In this document: piece by piece, positions 15,117 to 27,900 of the stretch | How the letters are laid out: each line of letters opens with the position of its first letter | How positions within the stretch are numbered: position 1 is the first letter of the stretch | Source: Balanoglossus misakiensis | Lineage: Eukaryota; Animalia; Hemichordata | Assembly: GCA_040954595.2 (NCBI GenBank) | Contig: CM082581.2 | Span: 11,654,286-11,718,285 of the forward strand | DNA: 64,000 nucleotides | Direction: 5' to 3' | Program-made: the position numbers and the translations under genes | The notes under the pieces: generated by a model | Told to the model about the DNA's origin: nothing | What the model saw: only the letters and a program-made list of their open reading frames with translations | Databases searched by the model: none

Positions 15117-16265
15117 AGGTTCAAAATGATGTGAAAAATCGATGAGTGTCGTCAGTCGGCTAAAGATATGGAGAAGATAACAATTGAATTCCAAGATCAA
15201 GTTTGCTTAAGGTGACTGGTCAGTATTGTTTTCACTGAAACAGTGCATTTTTAAAAAAAAAATGCTCGCAGATGTATCTAATAAAAACACCGATTTTTAA
15301 GTTTTGTTCATTTTGTCCTGTTGATTATTCAATCATGAAGGCGCCCTCATACAGACACATTCAAGTGCTTTTGTTTTACATTTCTCAGACCCATAAGAAG
15401 AAAGGTTTCACTCGACGAAGCTTACTAGTATTTATCTGTTTGTCGGTATTGAGGGACAAGTGAATAGATATACACCACTTGGTATATCGGACAGTTAAAA
15501 TTAGGACTCTGTGAGTAAAATTTATTCATTTCATGGAAATATGTCGAATTCATAACTTATCAGAAGAACATAAGTGCATAGACCACCAGGGCATAACTTT
15601 GTACAGCAAAATATACCTTAGCATCTGCCACTACATGGACCTAGACAGAGATCTGCACCATACATAAGACACTCCTTTTAATTCGAGTGTCGATACACGT
15701 ACCCGCACCTTGCAAACAACAACCATAAAATGTAGATTCGTGTCATACTCTTTTGACTGAATACACATCATTTATGGGTCCCTGGGTTTGACATGTCTGG
15801 GCACGTGTTGACTAAATCCCATAATCCCTCAGTAAATCACAACTCTGTCAATCAATATGGCACTGCTTGGGTCAAAAGGTCAAAGTCTTGAAACCTGTTG
15901 AGTGTGGTACATGCCACGTCGTCGTTCCTTGCATACAGGAGCTGATATATTTGTCGGCTGTGGACCAACGTTAACTTTTCTTGCCATGGCAACTGAGAGA
16001 AAATTCCTGTTTTTATTTGATTACTTTAGTGGCGTACTGATGGAGACGTGGCAAAGAAAAATAGAAGCACGCGTAAGGTCACAAAGGGGTCATCAATTCA
16101 TAGAAACGACCAATTTTGCGTGCACAAACATGCCACTTCATGTAGAATTGCCCTAGGGTTAAGTTAGGTGATTATCACAACGATATCGTGTCAGACCAGG
16201 AATTGATATACCGCAAATTGTAGATAAAATGTCATATCTTTATCTTGCCATTCTGGTTCATGCAG

Positions 16266-16399
16266 ATGTGTAACCATGGCCACCGATCCTGATTCAACAG
16301 AGGCTCTAGCTCTTTGACCACATTGGATGAATTGGCTTGGATGCCAAGAAACCTGCCCCACCCGAAGGGCGTAGTGACGAAGAAGACGAAGTGCGGCAA
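16266..16399 (+). pseudogene. Decayed first coding exon of a third DUSP copy
   Basis: CCATGGCCACCGATCCTGATTC resembles copy B CCATGGCAACCAGTCCTGATTC. It reads MATDPDSTEALAL then an early TGA. GACGAAGTGCGG resembles GACGAAGTGTGG (DEVW). Flanked by an acceptor AG and a GTAAGT donor; no later exons found. Confidence 0.6.
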
Positions 16400-19300
16400 G
16401 TAAGTGACGGTTCTTTAAGCTCGAACTTTCTCGTGAATATTAATAATCAGTTTGTTAATATCTCACTAGTCATGCGTCTATTTTTAAAATCAGATCAGAA
16501 TCGTTTAATGCGAATAGGCGGTGGAGATGACGACCGACCGTACGTATTACATGTGCAGAAAAGCATGCGAAAGTGAATGGAACGGCGCCCCTTTCGAGAT
16601 TTTAAGCAAACCCTTTTGTTTTACCCGTACTCTGGCGCGCTCGTGCTTCAGTACCCGGGTCAACTGAAAGTTCACGATCAGGGACAAGAAAGAAAATATT
16701 GAGTTATTCCTGTCATGTGTATATTTAGGAACATAACTATCCCACGGGAAAGTTTTTTTTAAAGATCACTATTTACAATGGCAATATTTGCCAGTATCGC
16801 CATGCATATTTCATGAGCGGAATCACACAACTTCTCGGCCTTTGAATGCTTTGGTGTGTGTCACCAACGATACTGATTCACGGAATTGGATACAGCGTCT
16901 CGCGAGAGTTTGTGTCAACAAGACTGTTTGTTTGATCGCAAACCAAATGAAGCTACTATAGCGAGCAGTTTCTCCCGATGCAATTTCCTTTCACCGGGGC
17001 CAAGTCGTGTGTCCGCATCTGTAAATAGTCCTGGCGGTGTCTTGTTGACATACCGACACAACCATGGTTGCTGTTTGCTTTCACCGATTAATTGCTCAAA
17101 TAGACAAGAGTTTCAAACGATTTGATCACTCGTTGCTGACAGAATTATTGACTCTTGTCATTCCTAAGGCCAACCCACCTTTCCCAGTAGCAAACGATGT
17201 AGGGGTTGGAATTAAGTGGGTGGGAGCCAACGGTATTTTGGCACAGATTCTGGGCTAGTATACTCCGTGTGAAAAATATCAGATTCTAGGTTATCGTTTT
17301 AGAAATTGCTTGTGAGGCTTTCGACTGTTTTCATGCGAATATTATGTCTACATTTTAGAAATCTAGAGATTATCAGTGTCTCACTAATAGTTTATATAAT
17401 TTTTACGGACCAGTGAATCTGGCTTAGAGTCCAGTGAGAAAACATTGGGTACTTGGGGAAAACGCCTCAGTAAACGTCTATTTGATCATTTTTGTGCATA
17501 AAGTGAATTTTGAGGAAATGGCTTACATCCGCTTGTCTGTTAGAGTAATGTGCATCATCTCGGCCGTAGCGGAGCCTTCAAGGTAATTCTATTTCTCGCG
17601 ATTTTTTAATCAAATCTTGCCGGAATTGATCGCCATCCCTGATAGGCGTCGTATATCTGTTCTGTACCTATTCCACGTTCATATTGTCTCGTTCACTGGG
17701 CAGACGCCGAGGCGAAGCGAGAGATAAGAAACAATAAAACCTGTCATCGCTCTCGTGATTTATGCACTCTATGGTGTCACCGCGAGATTGGTGGCTATCT
17801 TAACAGAGATGATCTACGGTTCAATGAGTCGACGCTTAAAATGAACGCCATAAACTACAGACTTCTTCACAGGGATGTGTATAAAACGTCACTTTCTCTG
17901 CGACACTTATTTTCAAGGCGGCTTTTTATGGAAACGATAAAGTGCAATATTGATGGGACGAAACCCTGTTGTGATATTTTGTTTTCCTTTCAAGCTTGAG
18001 GATGTTATAAATTCTGAAATAAATCGTCCGATTTTTGAAATAATCACCAGCAGTTTGACACTTTTGGACAATAGTAGCGACTGGAAAGGACGGTGCTTTC
18101 GCTTTTTTAGAAATACCACACTATTTTAGGATAGGTAGTATTGGCGTTGTCATGGAGATTTTGGCACTACCTGTCTCACATGTTGAAGTGACTTTTATCT
18201 CTAAACACTGGAGGACAATGTGTGACAGTCTATATTGTCTGGAATCGGTAAATACAGTATTGATTCACTGCGTCGGAATGTCATCTTAGATTTCACACAC
18301 CTTGTCTTAAAAGGCTGTGCTTTCGCTACCTATACTCGCCCACGTGAAAGTCGAGTACATGTAATCCCGTCAACATTTTATACCAATTACGTCATCCAGA
18401 ACTCTTTGTCAAAACCACCCCTGGTCTTTTTATTCCACACTGAAAAATAATCTCATCCGTAGATCTAATAATGACACTGAATGAAAAGGGTTACACTTTT
18501 GTAGTTTCGATAATTCTCGGTCATAAATAGTGATGGTTTGACTGGAACGACGTGGTTTTTCAATACATGTAGTAACAACGGCAAAATAATACATACTGCG
18601 GTAGACACTTTCTTGATTCGTTGTGTAAACAACGTCGAGGGAAGGTGTAATCTCACCTAATTATGTAGTTGACAAAAACACCAACAAAATAAGAAACTAA
18701 CAAAATAGTGTTGAAAACGCGTGGAAAGTTACTTAGAATTCCGTCTTTGGTTGTTACAGTGGCTTTGGTGGGATTTAAAGTATTTGTATTTATAAATGCC
18801 ATTTTATTGTGGATGTGAAGATTAACGGGGAAAAATATTCTTATCGGCAGAGAGAAAGAGAGAGAATGGCTGGGAGCCAAGAAAACATCTTATTCCGGGC
18901 GATCAAAGTTTTTCTGCTATCAGTCGGGTATTAATTACGCAACTCAAAACGGGGAGTGATTGTTCCGAAAGCCGAGATATATTTGCCGAAGTCTGTCAAT
19001 ATTTTCTCACTGAAGGCGGGGTTTCTGTCAGAAGGGGTACCCGGTCTACGAAATTTACCCCTGGGGTGACCAGCTTAAGGTTTGCCCGTGTACTGTCCAC
19101 AGGGGTCGGTTGGCGGTCTTTGGACTCGTGTGCCTTAAAAACCCCTCATTGTATAATGTTTGCGCTGCCCTTTGTTGATGACACCCCGGGCTTAGAGTCT
19201 GTCGTTTGGTTGTCCGTACACGTCGCGGTTATGAATAATCAGATCATTGCTACGGCGTTGAGGTATAGACAATGTTGATATCGCCAGAAGGCAGTCTCGA

Positions 19301-21954
19301 CTCACGGCCTTGAAGACTAAACTGCTCTTGGGAGGTGAGTGCACAATGAATTCCTCCAGTGTCTTTCCAGCACAGCCGAAACGCAATATTTTGACATTTC
19401 TTTATTAGTTTGATAGCAATATCTTCAATCTTATATAGTGACTTCACCAGACGCCGGCGACCAGTCCATTGCACACCAAGCACTTGTTTAATGGTAACCA
19501 TACGTACAAACGCACTGAATGCGCAGTTATCCTCGGTAAATAGTCGACGATAAAAAGAAACTGAAGTACAAACATAATGAGAAAAGGCGCTCCCCTAGGA
19601 GATAATGGAATATTCTTCAGGTACAATGTATAATAATAGCCTGGAATTCCAACTCCGCATATTTTCATTTCATCCCTGGAACAGTCTATTGTTTGGCAGC
19701 TGAATAGGGTTTTATTGTGCCATCGATACGAAATACGGAGATCCTACCACGATCCTACCACGGTAAAAATGAATCACCTATGCTATCTTCATACTTTTTC
19801 CAGTTTGGTCCAAAAACTCATATATGTGGCCCTATTTTGATTGCACAGTCAGATAAGTTAAATTCAATTAATTGTGCACTTTACAGCCTTGTTAAATTCC
19901 GAACTATAGCCCATGGGCACACTTGCTCGCTCTTCTTCAAGACACAGACGCTCACCTCTCGCACCCGGAGCGATCCGAGAGACAGGCATAGACATGTCCG
20001 AATCTAACGCTTGTTCGTAGATTCGATTGTCCAATATTAGCAATAGCTGTTGAGTCGACGCAAGTGTTAGTAGCACGCCCGACACGAGGCGTCCACCGTT
20101 GGTTGCCCCGAAGCGCGTGGCAGACATGCGCCGTTAGACTTTGTGGATAGGCATCGAAGTTTAAGTGCCATTTCCGAGTGTGACTTCCAAGCTTACTTTT
20201 GGCAGTTTGTGGGACTGTAGGCGATCGATAATTGAACTCAAGAAAATATCTGACCATGGAAGCAGAACGATTGACTGCAGGCAGCATTATTTCCCTCCCG
20301 CACTAGTACTGATAAATTCAGAATTTGACAAAAAAACTATAGCGCTTTCAACTTCCTTACATAAAGTTTGCGATTATATCTGATAGCCGACGCGTATTCC
20401 AAATTTCTGCAAAAGTTGTGAGAATATTTCGTGCTGAAAACTTGAGTGAGTTTTGTATCACACTGGGAAATCTTTCCCGGGGCTATTTTACTTTCGGCGT
20501 GTGAGGGGGTTGGGTCGTGTTCATCCAGTTCTGACGCGTGAAAAAAAATGCCTTCCAGCAAATTCTTGCAAAGCAGACTATCTTCAGACTCGCGCGTAAA
20601 TTTATGGCACTCTATCAAAATGCAGACTTTTATAGAGTTTACAAAACTCCAATGAGTGGTTCCCTTGAAGTGTTGGCCATCTCCTCGAACCCATTAAGGC
20701 ATTCTAGTGCGGCATGCAGTGTGTAATGAGAAGACCATCCAAATAGATCGCTAACAGCTGACGTAAGACTTTTTTGTGCAGACTGACTGTGTTGTTGGCC
20801 AATGCAGGTATTTACTATGCAGTTAGCGGACGGACGGCCGCGCAGCTGCCCCTTGAGTACTGAAAAACACGTGATGTAGGCAAAACATGATAATAGGTGC
20901 CCCGGCTTATTATTACACATTACAAACAGTCTGGACGTCAACATACTGAACCTTCACTCGAGTACTATGGACATGTCCCGCATTCATTCCCCAAACTGAG
21001 TCGCATAGTGCAATTGCCACTAGCATAGTCTCTCGGTCCAAAGCGTCTGTGGGTCTCTGTGACTTTTGGTCAAAACTGCCCCCAAATACCAATCTGTGGC
21101 TTTCAGTGGCTACGGGTAAGTTGCCTTTTTGTTTTTGCCTCTTACGTTTCAACACGTTTCCTCAAGTAGACCTCGAGTATTGTCCCAGACTGTGTTTTCA
21201 CAGTAACTGAATAGACCGCAAATTGCAGTAAAAGCGAGGACCGCACTTAGTGTGTGGAGCTGATAGACGGTGACACCCCCACCGTTTCCTCCTGATTGCC
21301 AATGCGAACACCGCACAGAAAATCACCATCGCCTCTCTTGGCCATGTTGGAACAAGGTCTGTGCGCGCAGAGGAATAATCACGCACGTCGTCATAGCGAC
21401 GGCTTTGTCCATCTTCTAATCTTTGAATGTAAATTTAAAATTCATTTCTCCCTGATCTGTGGGGTTTTGTTTAAACTATGTAGAGCATGTCGGTACTTGA
21501 AAGTGGTCGGAATTCCCGTCTGTCGTAAACCATTTGTAGTTTAAATACATCTAGCAGCTATTTAAGGAATCGGGCGTATGTCATTCAAGACGTCCCAAGA
21601 CGTATAAGACGATAGCTGGTCGTTCAGCTGGTCTACCGGGCCGTGCACGGTGCCTCCAGCTGCTGGTGACGTCCATCGGTGGGTCTATTCTTTCCTCTCT
21701 TTTTTCGTCTTTACGCGACCCATTGTTCTCGGCGTATATCTCTGGTTCAAAGGCAACCATATCGGCCAGCGGATGAATAAGCTAGATTTCGATAGCCCGG
21801 CTGTGCGAGTTGTACTTTGTGTGACGACCCAGGTCGGCCTACAGGAATAACAAAGACGATAATGCGAGGAAAAAAAGGTTAGGAATGCCTTAGGGCTAGG
21901 ATAACAGTAACAATGCGCTTGAGAAAGTGTATTCTACCGTCTGACTCGCCCGCC

Positions 21955-22180
21955 ATATAAATGGATACCCTTCACGTTTTTTTCGGCGCACAAGAGACGG
22001 TAGCAGCCGACACCACACTTGAAAAGTGTGCACATCTTTGTCACGTGACTGACTGAACTTTGTCTATGCTAAACGTACCACAGCGGCTTGTCCTTGGATG
22101 CGACGTGGTGCCGTTAGACTGGACCCTGGTCTCGCAAAACCACACTCTGTAGTAGCACCGAACCAGACGGCGAAAGTCGC
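21955..22180 (+). promoter_or_regulatory. Candidate TATA promoter and non-coding first exon of the FGFR-like gene
   Basis: GC-rich element followed by ATATAAAT at ~21955-21962. Strong donor GTAAGT at 22181; pyrimidine-tract acceptor TCTCTTGCCTTCCAG ending at 24861, upstream of ATG 24950. Confidence 0.35.
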
Positions 22181-24949
22181 GTAAGTAAGCCACGTATTTA
22201 CACTCAGTTATCTCGTCGGTCGCAATGAGTGAAAAATGTTCAAGAAGAAGTATTTTTCACAGATAAGTTACAGCTTGCCGCTGTTTTTGTTTTGTCTCCT
22301 CTGTCTTTGTAGTGCCTGCGAGTCGACGTTAAGGTTCATTAACTCTCGGGCGCTGGACAGTTACATATAGAAAATTCTCGTCACCGCTAGCATGCAGGTA
22401 TGCGTGCATGCATGCCTCGATAATTTCGGAATACTTAGAGCCGTTAACCCATGGCTGTTCAGTTTTACGCCAGTCGAGGAATCGATGACACATTCCACTT
22501 TTTCATTCATACAAACTCCGAGATCTTTTGTTTTACTTTGTTTCAAGTCATTATGGATGTTTAGTGATGTTATTGTCAAAGGGCATGACATTCCACCTTT
22601 CGCCCGTGTAAGTTCAGTTTACGACTGTCTGAAATTGTCCGCTGATAAGTTCGGTGCCCTAGGGGCGTGAAATCACGAGCATATCACTGGCTTCGGGCAA
22701 AACACCATTATTGCTCATTTCAGTGCTATCAACTGAATCAAGTGCCGTTGCAGTGGCATGGTTTACAGCACAGTGGAACCCTCAGCGTTCTCCGTTCATA
22801 TACCCCCGATCCTTCTGAATTTACCAAAAAACTAGACATACTCAGCCTGAATTCGTTCCTGCAATCTTCCTCTTCAGAGGCCACCCCCCCCCCCCCAAAT
22901 CGACCCTCCCCCTCTCATTTACGCCAACTCACAAACCAATGGCTCCCATCTTTCACACCACTACCCTCGATCGATGGCGATCGATACATTCAAGCGGCCT
23001 AATAAAGATTCTAGGAAGTAGGGTCATTTAGAGCGGGTAATTAGAATTGTCTGCCAAATAATGGAAATAGTTGGACCAAGAGGCTTCAGTGTGGACCTCC
23101 AACATTGTCCAGTGTCATGGTCAATCGATTAATCGCTATAAGAGTTAATTCAATTACAGCCAATGCGACGACGAGGACATTTCTTCCGCTTTCGTGAGTG
23201 TGGAAGAATTATTCTTTTCTTGTGACTTTCGGCATGTAAATATCTGATGCGAGTGTCTTGAAGTGCACAATTTTGTATTCTCTGTAGGGTACACGGCCAC
23301 AGAAGGTAGTCGCGTGTGTGGTTCATACATCCAAGAGGAAGCCAACAATTCTTCTGTTGCGCCTTTCAAATCGTAATTGTACTCTGAAGCAGATGCAAGG
23401 TTAAGCCCCACGCGGTTGCACCAGCGATCAACATAATCTCGATGTGGACACAGGCGTTTATCAAGCGTGATTTACTGCCGCAAATGCCGTTAAATATCAT
23501 ATACGGTGACTTCAAAGTATATGGGGCGCTTTTTTGTCGACACACGAAGTTGCTGTTGTAGGGTTTCTTTGTGTGTTGATATCTTTAATCCTACATCAGA
23601 ACAGGGGATTTATCGAGCTGTATTGTTATCCCTTGCACGCATGCGGGTTGACATCCAATGACATGCTGAACGGGATCTCTGAAATATAAGAGAAAGACCG
23701 AATAGACGTCTGATCGATGCACTGACGCGATGGGTTGGGTCCGGCCACTTTTTTCTCCCTTTCAACGGCAAACTGGTTTTCAAGTGTCTTTCCAACCCGT
23801 TTGGGTCGATTCTCCCGCCCCCGGAACACTGGCAATGATGACAAACCGTCACCAGGCCTGAGACAACAATGCGTTTTGGCCACAAACAATTGCAATACCG
23901 TTGCAACGAGTTACAAAGGGGGTTATTTGCTCCTATTGTGCGTGGTCGATGGTAACGTGGATGAGAAACGAGCGCGCTGGTCATATACGTGCACGGTGGT
24001 GACGTCGCCCAGTCGTAACCAGACTGGGAACATTCCTGGCTATTCAGCCCAGGTATAAGTGTACGGCGTTTGTGACACACACACTGGGTAGAACCCAACC
24101 GGTGACATTTAACCCCGGCGACTTTCGCAGTACTTTGGACATGTTACCTGGCTACCCTGGTTCTTTCTTCAACCCGTCTGCCGGGGGAGTTGTACACTTT
24201 TTGTTTCATGCCGTCTACATGTATTTGCAAACAGCCACAGCAAACTGAGTGACAGACGGTGGGGGAGAAACTCGACTCGGCCGTCTCAACGCCAGGGATC
24301 ACCCACTACCTCGGTGATTGAACTGATCACCTTGGCGCGTTAGTCGGGGCAAAGGTAAATGCATGAACGATATGGAACGCGGCAGTATCTCGCCAGACTT
24401 TATTTGTATTCACGCTCCCTCCACGAGAGGGGCACCCGTGGTGTATTCTTAGCTCATTGTGGATCTCTGTTCATGAGTAGCGTAGGTTACAAATGACCTA
24501 AATAGCCTCTAAAATATGTAGCCAGCTACTTGGTTTGTTAGAAACACAATACCTGTACTCATTTTCAGGTGATACGGAGTTTGACAGCGCAGTTATTTTA
24601 ATGACGCGAACGCCTCCTTTTATTTGACAATGATGGTGTTGGCCACTTGACCCGCATTGTTCATGTACATAGCTAACAGGTATGGGCATTGGAACCCACA
24701 GGCATCGAGTTACAGAGAGGTCTTTTTATTGCAGGCGCCTCTTTAAAAACGTCCCGGTAAACTGTCCAGTCAATCTGGTGGCGTGAAAATGCATATTCTA
24801 TATGTAGATTTTGTTACGCAACGGTTATAACATTATCAATTAATTATCTCTTGCCTTCCAGCAACGTTATGACCGCCGGCCAGATCTGAAAATTCGTTTC
24901 AAAATTTTGGTGACGCAACTTGTAGCGTTTCTGGGATACCGTGAAGACA

Positions 24950-27900
24950 ATGGGGAGAAGAAAGGCTGTCGCTGTCATTGTTGCTATAGTCGTGCTAATT
25001 AACAACTCCAGCAGCGTACCCGTGAAGAGAGCGGCCAAAGAAACAGAAAAAGGCAAGTTGGGTCACAAATTGAAACTGTTCCCAAACATGTGCCCGGATC
25101 TGCAGTCAAACGTCCCACATAATCTCCACTTTCCCGCGATGGTCTACGTACTTTTTAAAGTGCCAATTTACTGCCTTTGGACTTCTTGTCGTTCATGGGA
25201 ATCACAAAGAGCCACCCGTCAAATTTTGCGAGAGCTTCTTTGATAAAATGGGGCAGATCATGTCGTTGTTTTCGTTTCAAAATTCTGACGTCGTGGGAAA
25301 GTGAATGCGTAACATGACGTAACAATTTTAATAATGCATATTTAATTTCGTTTTGCGGCCAGAACTTTCAAAAACATGGTCGCGCTGCACCAGAAATCAT
25401 TATGAAGATTGGAGTGTCCGTACACGCGATGTGTGCAAAGACAAAACTTGTCGCTTTGCATATTCTGTGCCGTAGCGTTTTCTTTTTATGTTTTTACCAG
25501 AAGATCTACTGCGTGATCATTCCGCGGACCTTGGCCTTGACCTTCACGGTGACAAGTAATTAAAATTGCAGAGAAAGCGGAAAGTGACAATTGTTATCGT
25601 GTAAAAAAAATCTCGTAGTACATGTCTTGCCAGGTTCGTTTACATTGCTTGAAACATGTTAGTTCGGATTGTGTCGTCAAATCCGATTTGTCCGATACAT
25701 CAGTTGAGAAGTAGGTTTATCAGTCAGTACATCCTACTGGAATGCGGTTGGGTTTAGCCTGATTTAGCAATCAGAGCTATCGGCTCTAAATATTTTACTT
25801 AATGATAAAGACAATCGGAAAACAGAATTCTCGTATGACAAGACGGTATCAGAAATTGCAGTCTCGTGCTCTCTTGGGTGTGATTGCCGCGTTACCTGTC
25901 GGTCGCCGGCGTCGTCAGAATGTCGCCATTAGCCCAATCATCAAAAAAGCTCGCATTTCGCGATGTTTATCTCTGTGCTAATTATCGCCAGAGTGTAATC
26001 TGTTCCTTTTCTCTTTCAATCCCAGAGGGGAAGCCGTATTTCACATCGCCCCAAAAAATGCAGCGCAAGTTCGTCGCGGAGCCGGCCGGTGAAAACACAT
26101 CTGTCCGATTCCACTGCCACGCAGCTGGTTCTCCCACTCCTGAAATAGAATGGCTGAAAGACAGGCGCCCCCTAGACAGCGGTAATATAAGATACGATAA
26201 GGTAAGGAACGACACTTGAGATCATGTCGACAGAAATTCTTGCAGAGAAATCGAAGGATTTGTCGAGCTTCTCGTATCCGCCTTCGCATCAGCTCAGAAC
26301 CATGGGAAATCATCATAATAGTGGCATGCCTGCTAAGATAAATGCCATATCAATTTGAGCAATCGCCTATTAGCAGCTACCTCTCCAGTACTTCCATTCA
26401 GTCGGACCAATTAATGAGCCAAATTAAACTTTAATAACCTCTATATATCGATAAAAGCACACACGATACAGATCTTTGCAAATATTTTCTCACCGTGGTA
26501 CCTTGACCTGTTTATTGATCGGATTACTGAGCTGTGAAATACGGGATTATGGACCACTTCGTTCTCTGCCATTTATATAGCGGGGTGATTTTAATTGTTT
26601 GAGATATTTCAGAGATGTGTGAATATGTATACAGTCATTTGATACGGGGATGTACTATAGGAGTCCCTAACATGAGGTATTGACAATGTTTACAGTCACT
26701 TCGAAAACCAACAGACGAGGAGAAAAAAATGAAAGTAATGTCGTCTCCGGTCTGCGCAGACGTATCACAGTGTGCACTGCGGTTCGCATCAACAGGTGGT
26801 TACGTGCAATCTTGCCTATAGAGGGCTTACCGCAATGTGCAATGTTTAAAATCTCGCCGTTTCTTTTACTTTTGTCAGGTCAAAATTAAACAATGGACTT
26901 TAGTGTTGGAAGACTTGGTGGTTTCCGACAGCGGCTCGTACACTTGTGTCATCAGAAACAAACATGGTTCAGTCAACGCTACTTATCAACTCGAAGTAAT
27001 CGGTATGTGCTAAGCACTACATGTATGGTGTATGCTTCTTTGGTGGTAGTGAAAAAAACCCCGAAGTTATTAGGTCTACTATTATTTTTAAAAACACATC
27101 GGTAGCGTGAAATATATCTTTTAACCGTTTGTGTGGTGATTTGTTGACAGCGAGGAGATTTAATCCTCCCAGTTTGAAACCAGGGCTCCCATTGGACACT
27201 ACGGCGTATGTAGGCTCTGACGTCACTTTCAGATGCCAGGTGATCTCGACTGACTTCATCGCGCACGTGCAGTGGGTGAGACAAGTCGCCAACTTGAAGG
27301 AACATCAATTATCTGTGGACGATCCCTTCGAGATAGTGAAGGTATGTTTTTTCATAAACCTTTGGCCTATAGTCTAAGTTTACTAAGTGCTTCGCCTTTC
27401 TGTCTGTCAGCCAGTCTGTCTATATGTGTGTCTGTCTTGAATGAAATATTTCTTTGCTTATAACATGGGTCCGTCCCAAATAATCTTGCTTGTTTCAGGA
27501 GGAGTGGCCCAGAAGGCCAGACTGGACATGTGACGCTATGGTCAAAAATTTGTTCAAAAAGCCACCGTTTGAGTGTATTGAGGTAAGGACATGTCGCAGC
27601 TAGTCAAATTGTATCCCATTATACTGTTAAAGTAAAAGCGCAACACGATCGGACATTAGCATGTGAATTGTCGTACACCTGGGCGTTTTCTTTGTGTCGG
27701 AGTCTCAGCGGTCAGTAATGATGTTCGACCTGTATACATGTACAGAAAACTGCAACTCGAACTCACACCCTAAAGTAACCCATCTATACCCACCTCGTTC
27801 CCAGCTCGACTTCACCGACGGCCAACATCCCAACCAAGAGAAGCTGGATCTTTTGAACGTAACAGTAGAACAAAGTGGAACATACACCTGCCTGGCCAGC

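Noticed and set aside
15870-15883. GGGTCAaaAGGTCA nuclear-receptor DR2 element
   Set aside because: A single short motif next to a pseudogene; insufficient support for function.
16400-24800. Many short ORFs that might be a transposase or viral insertion
   Set aside because: No RT, DDE, integrase or capsid motifs and no termini could be recognised by eye; BLASTx would be needed.
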